From NCBI GenBank assembly GCA_902540265.1, contig CACBLW010000004.1:12901-76900 (forward strand): a stretch of DNA of 64,000 bases, read 5' to 3'. Position 1 is the stretch's first letter. The number at the start of each line of letters is the position of its first letter. A program made the translations under genes and the position numbers. Under the pieces are notes generated by a model. That model made no database searches. It had not been told where the DNA came from and saw only the letters and a program-made list of their open reading frames with translations. This document shows positions 39,320-47,362 of this stretch, in pieces. The DNA is from an uncultured Alphaproteobacteria bacterium. GTDB taxonomy: Bacteria; Pseudomonadota; Alphaproteobacteria; HIMB59; GCA-002718135.

Positions 39320-40759
39320 TTAATTTGATTCATTATCCTTTGGTGAAATATAATCTACTAAAGGAATCTCGTCTACAAGCTTTAAATCATTCCAAGCTGC
39401 AAATTCTAATAATTCTTTACTATAATCTCCTTGACCCACTGCATAATGATGTTCATGTCCAATAATATTTAGAGTATTTATCAGGTTTTCTGCCGAAATA
39501 TGAGATCTGTTTAATTTTGTTTCTTTAAACCATCCTCTTGTTCCATCAAAACCTTTATTATTATGTTCAAAAATTTCTGAATTTATAATTAATATTCTTT
39601 CAGCATTATTTCCTAAGTATGTTGTTGTAGATTTTCGAGCTTTAAATACTTGATCTCCAGCAACGCCATATTTTTTATCTGTTTTTCTTCCTAACGTACT
39701 ATGATCAACCCATTTTATTCCATCTTCATTCGCAAAATGTCTTGGTGACACTCCGCAGTGCCACATTAATACGGCATCAGCATTAGTATCAAATGTTGCA
39801 AGATCTAAAAGTGTAGATGATTTATCACTGTTTGATATGTAATTTAATAATAGCATACTTAATGAACCTTGAACATCTCCTTCACAAGATACCGCAATAC
39901 CATCTTCGCTACCCATCCAACCATAAGCCATGCAAGGAGCAATTCCATATAATTCTTGAAACTGAGACCAACATTGGACTGCCATAGAGTCCCAGTTATT
40001 TTCATGTCTTATTTTTTTTAATGCAAAATATACTCTTGTGACTTTATTGAATGATTCTTCATCTGATACTGAGATTGAAGATGCAGCATTTTTTATTTTT
40101 TTTATTTCTTCATCAATTAATGATTGATCAAAACTTTTTGCTAGTGAAATTAATTCTTTAATTGTTGTTTCTTCAATTGTTGATCCAATATTTTGTTTTA
40201 TTTTTTTATTATCGACAATCATATTGTCAAAACCTGGAGATATACCACCAACTAATCCTATTTTTGATTGTTTAATTTTTTTATCTGCTACCAATGATCT
40301 TAAAGTAATCAAAAACTTGTTTTTAAATTCATCAGTATCACCATAATTATAAAACCATTTAGTTTTAATTTTTTTTTCATGAAGTATTTTTTTAATTATT
40401 CCTAAATAATGACTTACTGAAACTAAAGAGTGTAATTTTACATCACCTTCTTTTTCAAGATCTGGAACTGCCCATAAACCCATCTTATTTGTAATATTAC
40501 AAAGAGGGTATAATTGTTCTCCTGAACTGCATGAACTTGTTTGTAGTATTAAAAAATCAATTTTGTTTTTAAAAAATTTTTCTGCCTCTACTGAGTCCTC
40601 TTTTGAAAATATAGTTTTATGGAAACAAATTAATTTAGCATCATATTCTGCAATGATATTTTTTAGATGATTTTCAGATTTTATTCTTACTTGTTGTTCT
40701 TCTGAAAAGTAAGGACTAATTGCTGTAGCTACAAAACCAATTGTCAATACTTCCTTCAT
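39320..40759 (-). CDS. L-arabinose/L-fucose isomerase superfamily protein
   Basis: 479 aa, cytoplasmic. The central AVSCEGDVQGSL and C-terminal GHEHHYAVGQGD segments resemble the catalytic-Glu and metal-His regions of AraA/FucI-type aldose-ketose isomerases. This is a by-eye call. Confidence 0.55.
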   Translation of the reverse strand: MKEVLTIGFVATAISPYFSEEQQVRIKSENHLKNIIAEYDAKLICFHKTIFSKEDSVEAEKFFKNKIDFLILQTSSCSSGEQLYPLCNITNKMGLWAVPDLEKEGDVKLHSLVSVSHYLGIIKKILHEKKIKTKWFYNYGDTDEFKNKFLITLRSLVADKKIKQSKIGLVGGISPGFDNMIVDNKKIKQNIGSTIEETTIKELISLAKSFDQSLIDEEIKKIKNAASSISVSDEESFNKVTRVYFALKKIRHENNWDSMAVQCWSQFQELYGIAPCMAYGWMGSEDGIAVSCEGDVQGSLSMLLLNYISNSDKSSTLLDLATFDTNADAVLMWHCGVSPRHFANEDGIKWVDHSTLGRKTDKKYGVAGDQVFKARKSTTTYLGNNAERILIINSEIFEHNNKGFDGTRGWFKETKLNRSHISAENLINTLNIIGHEHHYAVGQGDYSKELLEFAAWNDLKLVDEIPLVDYISPKDNESN

Positions 40760-40792
40760 ATCCGAATTATACTAAATGATATAATGTATCTA

Positions 40793-40820
40793 TTGTCAAT
40801 TAATTAATCTTAAGTATAAT
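40793..40820 (+). promoter_or_regulatory. candidate sigma70-type promoter for the plus-strand island operon
   Basis: TTGTCA (40793-40798), a 16-nt spacer, then TATAAT (40815-40820), located 45 nt upstream of the E1-alpha ATG. Such matches arise easily by chance in AT-rich DNA. Confidence 0.3.
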
Positions 40821-40864
40821 CTTATTTCTATATTTTAATATTAAACGTTAGTATTTTCATAAAA

Positions 40865-41842
40865 ATGATTGAGAAAGAAAAAATTAATTGGATCTATAAA
40901 AAAATCTTCACGATTAGATTTTTTGAAGAAAGAATAAAAAAAATTGCTAAAGAGAAAACAGTCCCAGGCTATCTTCACACTTGTATTGGTTCTGAGGCTA
41001 TTTGTGTAGGAGTAATGGCAGCATTAAATCAAGATGATTGGATATCAAGTACGTATAGAAACCATGGTCATGCTATAGCTAAAGGTTGTGAATTAAACGA
41101 AATTACTTCTGAAATTTATGGAAGAAAAACTGGAATTTGCAAGGGGCGAGGCGGTAGTATGCATATAAGTGATTTTAGCAAAGGTATGCTTGGTTCATTT
41201 GGAATTGTTGCAGCTGGTCCAGCAGTAGTTTTAGGAGCAGCTTTACAAGAAAAAATAAATAAGAGTAATAAAACATGTGTATCTTTTTTTGGTGATGGTG
41301 CAATTCATAACGGAGCTTTTCATGAGGCTGCAGGTTTAGCAAAGCTATGGGATATACCAATGATTTTTGTTTGTGAAAATAATGGTTATGCGGAAGCTAC
41401 TGCAACTGATTGGCATTTAAATACAAAAGAGTTATCAGATATAACTAAAGCTTATGACATGCTCTCGTACATTGGTGATGGCAATAATGTATTTAAAGTT
41501 TACGACATTTCCAAAAAAGCTATTAATGAAGCTAAACAAAAAAATACTCCCATATTTTTAGAATTTAAAAACTACAGATTTTCTGGACAGTACGAAGGCG
41601 ATACTCAACTTTATCAACCACAAGAAGAAATTGATAAAGCAAAACAAAATGATCCAATAAAGTTAGCAAAAGAAAATTCATCAAAATATGGTTTGAACAA
41701 AAATGATTTAGAAAAAATTATTAATGAAGCTAAAGAAGAGGTTGATAAAGCATTTGATTTTGCTGATACTCAACCTTGGCCTCAACCAGAGGATGCACTT
41801 GAAGAAGTATATGTAAATTATCCAGTGGAAATTAATAGATGA
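40865..41842 (+). CDS. TPP-dependent 2-oxoacid/acetoin dehydrogenase-type E1 alpha subunit
   Basis: 325 aa with the TPP-binding motif GDGAIHNGAFHEAAGLAKLWDIPMIFVCENNGYA. Confidence 0.8.
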   Translation: MIEKEKINWIYKKIFTIRFFEERIKKIAKEKTVPGYLHTCIGSEAICVGVMAALNQDDWISSTYRNHGHAIAKGCELNEITSEIYGRKTGICKGRGGSMHISDFSKGMLGSFGIVAAGPAVVLGAALQEKINKSNKTCVSFFGDGAIHNGAFHEAAGLAKLWDIPMIFVCENNGYAEATATDWHLNTKELSDITKAYDMLSYIGDGNNVFKVYDISKKAINEAKQKNTPIFLEFKNYRFSGQYEGDTQLYQPQEEIDKAKQNDPIKLAKENSSKYGLNKNDLEKIINEAKEEVDKAFDFADTQPWPQPEDALEEVYVNYPVEINR

Positions 41843-42855
41843 CAATAAAAACAGTTAAAGATGCAATTAATGATGCCTTAGTTCAATCATTTGAAGAAGA
41901 TAAAAATGTTATTTTGATGGGTGAAGATATTGCAGGAGGTAAAGGTCGAGAACAATATCAAGGTACACAAGATGCATGGGGAGGACCTTTTGGTGTTACT
42001 CAGGGACTTTATACTAAATTTGGTGGAGAAAGAGTTCGAGATACTACTATTGCAGAAGCAGGTTTTTTTGGTGCCGCCATTGGAGCTGCAATGACAGGAT
42101 TAAGACCTATTGTGGAATTAATGTATGTTGACTTTGCTGGTGTATGTTTTGATCAAATGATGAATCAAGCAGCTAAAGTGAGATACATGTTTGGTGGCAA
42201 ACAAAAAGTACCGATGGTTGTAAGAACTGTAGTCGGTGCAGGATTTCGTGCAGGTAGTGAACATTCACAAACTCTTTATAGTCTTTATACTCATATACCA
42301 GGGCTAAAGGTTGTTGCGCCATATGATGCATACGATGCCAAAGGTCTTTTACTATCCTCAATTAAAGATGATGATCCAGTAATTTTTATGGAGCATAAAA
42401 GATTATACATGACAAGCTGTGAAGTGCCTGATGATTTAAAACCTATTCCGCTTGGTAAAGGTAGAATAAGAAGAGAAGGAAGTGATGTTACTATTATTGC
42501 TATTCAAAGAATGAACTTATTTGCTGAAGAAGCAGCTGATGAATTAGAAAAAATTAATATTAGCTGTGAAATAGTTGATCCAAGAACTTATTCTCCACTT
42601 GATGAGGAATTAATTTTTCAATCAGTCAAAAAAACTGGTAAAGTTATAGTTGTTGATGAATCAAATCCTAAATGTTCTTTGGCTTCAGAAATATCTTCTT
42701 TAATTTCAGAAAAATGTTTTTCAGATTTAAAAGCTGCAGTAATTAAAATAACTGCTCCTCATACCCCTGTACCATTTAGTCCACCAATGGAAGATTTTTA
42801 TATTCCTTCAACAAAAAAAATAATTGATGCGGTTAAAAAATTAAAAGATGTATAA
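41839..42855 (+). CDS. TPP-dependent dehydrogenase-type E1 beta subunit (transketolase-like Pyr + C-terminal domains)
   Basis: 338 aa with the ERVRDTTIAEAGF, SQTLYSLYTHIPGLKVVAP and DDPVIFMEHKRLY segments. It overlaps E1 alpha by 4 nt. Confidence 0.8.
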   Translation: MTIKTVKDAINDALVQSFEEDKNVILMGEDIAGGKGREQYQGTQDAWGGPFGVTQGLYTKFGGERVRDTTIAEAGFFGAAIGAAMTGLRPIVELMYVDFAGVCFDQMMNQAAKVRYMFGGKQKVPMVVRTVVGAGFRAGSEHSQTLYSLYTHIPGLKVVAPYDAYDAKGLLLSSIKDDDPVIFMEHKRLYMTSCEVPDDLKPIPLGKGRIRREGSDVTIIAIQRMNLFAEEAADELEKINISCEIVDPRTYSPLDEELIFQSVKKTGKVIVVDESNPKCSLASEISSLISEKCFSDLKAAVIKITAPHTPVPFSPPMEDFYIPSTKKIIDAVKKLKDV

Positions 42856-42886
42856 ATTTAAAAAATTAAAGTAAATATTTTATTTC

Positions 42887-43996
42887 ATGCAAGTTCCTAA
42901 AAAAATTTTAGATAAATTCCCAAAATTATCAAAAGAAATTTTGCTTAACAATTTATCCTTACCTAGTGAAAAAAATAAAATGATACTTGATACAGATACA
43001 GCTAATGAAATAGATGATCAATTTGCATTAGCATGGACATTATTATCAAAAGATAAAATTGATCTTTTAGGAGTTACTGCTGAGCCTTATTCTTTCCAAC
43101 ATCATAAAGACGAATTAATAGAAGCATTCGATATAATATCTAACAATAAAACTATTGATAATACTAAAGAAAATTTAGTTTCTGATTATAGATCTTGGGT
43201 TAATGGACTCATAGATGCAAATATTCATCCAAATGATATTTATTTTGATACACCAGAAGAAGGAGTTGAAAAAAGCTATCAAGAAATAATTACTATATTT
43301 AATAAACTTAATATTAAACATGAAGGAATGGTGTTTAGAGGTTCACCTAAATATTTAGAAAATTATAACGAACCAATAGTAACTGAATCTAGTAAATTCA
43401 TAGTAGATATGTGTAAAAAATATTCAAATGAAAAGATTTATGTTTGTGCAATAGGGTGTCTTACAAATATCGCTTCGGCTCTTTTAACAAACCCAGAAAT
43501 TATTAAAAATTTAGTAGTTGTTTGGACATCTGGTTTTCCTACATACAGTTTTAATAATAATAAAAACTCATTGAATTTAGTTCAAGATGTTTTAGCATCT
43601 CAATTACTTTTTGAATGTGGTGTTGCTCATGTTTATTTACCAGGTTTCAATGTGGGGGCGCAGTTAACTCTTTCATTACCCGATATGAAAGAATTTGTAA
43701 AAGGAAGAGGGGAAATAGGTGATTACTTATATTTTCTATACACAAATAACCCTTTGCATAAACAAAGAGGTGTTTTAGATCAAAGTTGGAGAACATGGGT
43801 CATATGGGATGTTATTAATATTGCTTGGCTAATAAATCCAAATTGGGTTCCAACAAAAATTATCAATTCCTCATCACTTGATAATGAATTGTACTGGATT
43901 AAAAATGATAGCAATCATCTTATTAGAGAAGCCTTTGGTGTTAATAGAGATGAAATTTTTAATGATTTTTTTAAAAAATTAAATAATCTTAAATGA
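42887..43996 (+). CDS. inosine-uridine-preferring nucleoside hydrolase (IUNH)-like protein
   Basis: 369 aa with the N-terminal aspartate cluster LDTDTANEIDDQFALAW (the DTDxxxxxDD variant of the IUNH Ca-binding motif). Confidence 0.6.
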   Translation: MQVPKKILDKFPKLSKEILLNNLSLPSEKNKMILDTDTANEIDDQFALAWTLLSKDKIDLLGVTAEPYSFQHHKDELIEAFDIISNNKTIDNTKENLVSDYRSWVNGLIDANIHPNDIYFDTPEEGVEKSYQEIITIFNKLNIKHEGMVFRGSPKYLENYNEPIVTESSKFIVDMCKKYSNEKIYVCAIGCLTNIASALLTNPEIIKNLVVVWTSGFPTYSFNNNKNSLNLVQDVLASQLLFECGVAHVYLPGFNVGAQLTLSLPDMKEFVKGRGEIGDYLYFLYTNNPLHKQRGVLDQSWRTWVIWDVINIAWLINPNWVPTKIINSSSLDNELYWIKNDSNHLIREAFGVNRDEIFNDFFKKLNNLK

Positions 43997-44835
43997 AATT
44001 AGGAGTTCATTCAGCAACATTTGTTAAAAATTGGTCAGAGGATATTACTCCTTATATTAAACTTTGTAGAGATGCTGGTTACTCTTCAGTTGAAGTATCA
44101 TTACTAGGTCAAAACGAAAAGTCAGCCATAGAAATAGGTAAATTAAGTAAAGATCTAGATATTAATATTACATGTACAACAGGTTTGTCTAAGGATGAAG
44201 ACATAACAAGTAATAATCAAAATATTAGAAAAAGAGGTAAGGATAAACTCATAGAGGCTATTAATTTGACTTCTCTTATGGGGTCAAAAATTTTATCTGG
44301 GGTTATACACACTGCATGGGGAATAAGTGATAATTATGGAAAAGATAAATCTCTAAAATATAAAAATTCATCAAATACTCTAATTGGATTAACAGACATT
44401 TTAGAAGATAAAGATATTAAATTAGGAATAGAGCCTCTAAATAGATATGAAACTGATTTTATTAACACTGTTGATGAAGGTTTAGAATTATGCTCGATGA
44501 TCAACCATTCTCACATTGGTTTATTGTTAGATGTTTATCATATGAATATAGAAGAGAAAGATATTTGCGCGTCAATTCTCAAAGCAAATCATAATATTTT
44601 TCATTTTCATGTAGCAGAAAATGATAGAGGTATACCTGGTTCAGGAGGGTTAAATTTTAATAGAATTTTTGAAACTTTAAATACAATAAATTATTCTGGT
44701 AATGTTACTTTAGAAATGTTTATTCAATCAAACCAAGAGACAAGTAAAGATTTATTTACATGGAGAAATATTGAAGATAATCCTTTTGATGCAATTCAAA
44801 AATCTTATAAATATTTAAAGAATTTTATTAAATGA
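43993..44835 (+). CDS. xylose-isomerase-like TIM-barrel protein, ketose 3-epimerase-like
   Basis: 280 aa. GIEPLNRYETDFINT, LLDVYHMNIEE, HFHVAENDRGIPGSG and TLEMF match the four metal-ligand segments (E, D, H, E) of D-tagatose/D-psicose 3-epimerases. Confidence 0.7.
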   Translation: MKLGVHSATFVKNWSEDITPYIKLCRDAGYSSVEVSLLGQNEKSAIEIGKLSKDLDINITCTTGLSKDEDITSNNQNIRKRGKDKLIEAINLTSLMGSKILSGVIHTAWGISDNYGKDKSLKYKNSSNTLIGLTDILEDKDIKLGIEPLNRYETDFINTVDEGLELCSMINHSHIGLLLDVYHMNIEEKDICASILKANHNIFHFHVAENDRGIPGSGGLNFNRIFETLNTINYSGNVTLEMFIQSNQETSKDLFTWRNIEDNPFDAIQKSYKYLKNFIK

Positions 44836-45443
44836 TAGAATTTCATAAAAAATGGATAACTAATTCTTGTTTAATAATAAAAGAAAACTGTCAAAAAATT
44901 AATATGCTTGATCAAGAGATTGGTGATGGAGATCACGGTACAACAATATTAAGAGGCCTAGAGGAAGCTGTATCTCATTTTAGAGCAAATAATGAATTTG
45001 ATAATTCAATATCATTTATGAATGAAATTTCGAAATTGATGAGAATTTCTATGGGTGGCGCTTCTGGTATTTTGATGACAATCTTCTTTAAAGAATTAGG
45101 TAATTTAAATTTTAATGATCTTTATAATACAATCTTAACTACTTTTTCAAATACTATAAATAAAATAGAAACAAGAGGTAAAGTAAATTTTGGTGATAAA
45201 AGTTTTTTAGATATTTATGTACCTATTCATCAAGAATTAATTCAAAATAATCTTATTGATTTTGATAAATTAATTACAAAAATTGATGAATCTCTCGAAT
45301 ACACAAAATCTTTGGAAGCTCGTGTTGGCAGAGCAAAGTTTTTAGATTCAAAAGGTGTTGGTGTGATAGATCCAGGCGCATATTCAACGTCTATAATATT
45401 AAAAGAATTCTTTAAGGAAATTAATAATGAAAAAAATAATTAA
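44832..45443 (+). CDS. dhaL: dihydroxyacetone-kinase family, nucleotide-binding L subunit
   Basis: 203 aa with the DQEIGDGDHGTT motif of the DAK2/DhaL domain. Confidence 0.8.
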   Translation: MIEFHKKWITNSCLIIKENCQKINMLDQEIGDGDHGTTILRGLEEAVSHFRANNEFDNSISFMNEISKLMRISMGGASGILMTIFFKELGNLNFNDLYNTILTTFSNTINKIETRGKVNFGDKSFLDIYVPIHQELIQNNLIDFDKLITKIDESLEYTKSLEARVGRAKFLDSKGVGVIDPGAYSTSIILKEFFKEINNEKNN

Positions 45444-46425
45444 TAACAACATAAATATCGTGGATGATATGTTGAGTGGTTATGTTAAATCACATTCAGA
45501 CAGAGTTAAATTTTCTGAAATAAATAAAAGAATTATTTGTCGAAAAAATAAAAAACAATTTAATAAAGTTCCCATCTTGATAGGAAACGGATCTGGTCAT
45601 GAGCCTATTGCCGTAGGTTGGGTTGGTGAGGGTATGCTTGATGCTAATATTGTTGGAGATATTTTTTCTGCTCCTTCAGGAGATTTAATATTTGAAGGAA
45701 TTAAAATTTTTAAGGATCATTCTTCTATTTTATTATTAATTTCTAATCATTCTGGTGATGTAATGAATGGAGAAATGGCAATAGAAATGGCTGAAGATGA
45801 AAATATAAATGCTAAATGTTTAATTATGTATGATGACATAGCTTCTGCACCAAAAGGAAATGAAGCTCAAAGAAGAGGAGGGGCAGGTACAACATTTGTT
45901 TATAAAATACTTGGAGCCTTATCTGAAAAAGGTGCTGATATTAAACAATTACTAAGTCTAGGAAAACAAATTATTGATAATACAAGAACATTATCAGTTG
46001 CAATAAGCCCTGGCACATCTCCAATTACTGGAGAAAAAATTTTCTCAATTAAAGAAGATGAAATTTTTATAGGAATGGGTGTTCATGGAGAGTCTGGATA
46101 TGGTAGGCAAAAAATTCAACCATCTAAAAAAATTATTTCATTTATGTTAGATAAAATATTTGATGATTTTAATTACAAATCGGGCGATATAGTAATACCA
46201 TTTGTTAATGGATCAGGGTCTACAACTTTAATGGAATTATTAATAATATTTAATGATTTAGAAGAATATTTATCAAAATATAATATTCAAATATTTAAAC
46301 CTTTAATTAATGAATACATCACAACCCAAGATAGTGGAGGATTTTCTATATCTTTACTAAATTCTAGTGAAGAAATGAGAAAATTATGGCTGGAGCCTTC
46401 ATCAGTTCCTTATTTTCATTTGTGA
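45427..46425 (+). CDS. dhaK: dihydroxyacetone-kinase family, substrate-binding K subunit
   Basis: 332 aa with the GNGSGHEPIAVGWVGEGMLDA and GMGVHGESG (substrate-binding His) motifs of the DAK1/DhaK domain. It overlaps dhaL by 17 nt. Confidence 0.8.
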   Translation: MKKIINNNINIVDDMLSGYVKSHSDRVKFSEINKRIICRKNKKQFNKVPILIGNGSGHEPIAVGWVGEGMLDANIVGDIFSAPSGDLIFEGIKIFKDHSSILLLISNHSGDVMNGEMAIEMAEDENINAKCLIMYDDIASAPKGNEAQRRGGAGTTFVYKILGALSEKGADIKQLLSLGKQIIDNTRTLSVAISPGTSPITGEKIFSIKEDEIFIGMGVHGESGYGRQKIQPSKKIISFMLDKIFDDFNYKSGDIVIPFVNGSGSTTLMELLIIFNDLEEYLSKYNIQIFKPLINEYITTQDSGGFSISLLNSSEEMRKLWLEPSSVPYFHL

Positions 46426-47348
46426 TGTATCAAAAAGAATTAATTAATGATGTCTTAATTAATAAAAAGTTTTTTGCATTAGCAATAGACCAGGGAACGA
46501 GTCTAAAAGAAATTATAAATCAAAAAAAAAATAATTTTAAAGATGAGGATTATTTTTTTTTCAAAAAAAATATAATAGAAATATTAGGATCAAATCTTTC
46601 AGCTGTTTTATTTGATTTTGATACATATGAAAAACATGAAAAGTTTAAAAATTTAAATATACCAAAAATTATTGCATATGAAGATGATGCTTATAACATT
46701 GATAATGTTGAAAGAATTACTAAACTACCAAATAATAAATCAATAGATAAAACAATAGATGATTTTAAGGCAATTAAATTTTTTATGTATTATAATCCAG
46801 ACTCTCCTCAAGAAATAAACAATAAAAAAAATATTTTAATAAAAAAAATAGGAAAAATGTGTTTAAATTTAAATAAACCATTTTTATTTGAGCCCTTATT
46901 GTACAATGATCCTTTAACCAAAAACTCTAATGAAGAATATAATAAGAAAAAGCATGAATATATAAAATATTTTTACTCTGAATTTTCTAAACCAGATTAT
47001 AATGTTAGCATTATTAAAATCGAGTTTCCTTTTAATGAAAGTATTATAGATGATTATAATAACGTTAATACAATTAGTTATTGTGAAGAAATATTATTGA
47101 ATACATTTGGTAAAACAATGAAGCCATTTGTATTTTTGAGTGCTGGAATGAAATTTAGTAATTTTTATAAATCAATGTCTATTTCAATGAAATTAAACAT
47201 TAATTGCCTTGGTTTTTTATGTGGAAGATCTTTATGGCAAGATTCAATTGATATATTTTGCAATCAATCAAATACTGAATTTATTAAATGGTTAGAAAAT
47301 CAAGGTTTGGAGAGAGTTGAAAAACTTAAATCGACTTTAGATTTATAA
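46425..47348 (+). CDS. LacD/YihT-family class I aldolase (tagatose-bisphosphate aldolase-like)
   Basis: The N-terminal FFALAIDQGTSLKEII segment resembles the ALAFDQRG signature of LacD-type aldolases. I prefer the ATG at 46425 (TGATG overlap with the dhaK stop) over the track start at 46386. Confidence 0.55.
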   Translation: MYQKELINDVLINKKFFALAIDQGTSLKEIINQKKNNFKDEDYFFFKKNIIEILGSNLSAVLFDFDTYEKHEKFKNLNIPKIIAYEDDAYNIDNVERITKLPNNKSIDKTIDDFKAIKFFMYYNPDSPQEINNKKNILIKKIGKMCLNLNKPFLFEPLLYNDPLTKNSNEEYNKKKHEYIKYFYSEFSKPDYNVSIIKIEFPFNESIIDDYNNVNTISYCEEILLNTFGKTMKPFVFLSAGMKFSNFYKSMSISMKLNINCLGFLCGRSLWQDSIDIFCNQSNTEFIKWLENQGLERVEKLKSTLDL

Positions 47349-47362
47349 ATAAGGAGATAGTT

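Noticed and set aside
41175-42361. Minus-strand ORFs 41175-41360 and 42173-42361 inside the E1 alpha and beta genes
   Set aside because: They are shadow ORFs opposite strongly supported TPP-enzyme frames.
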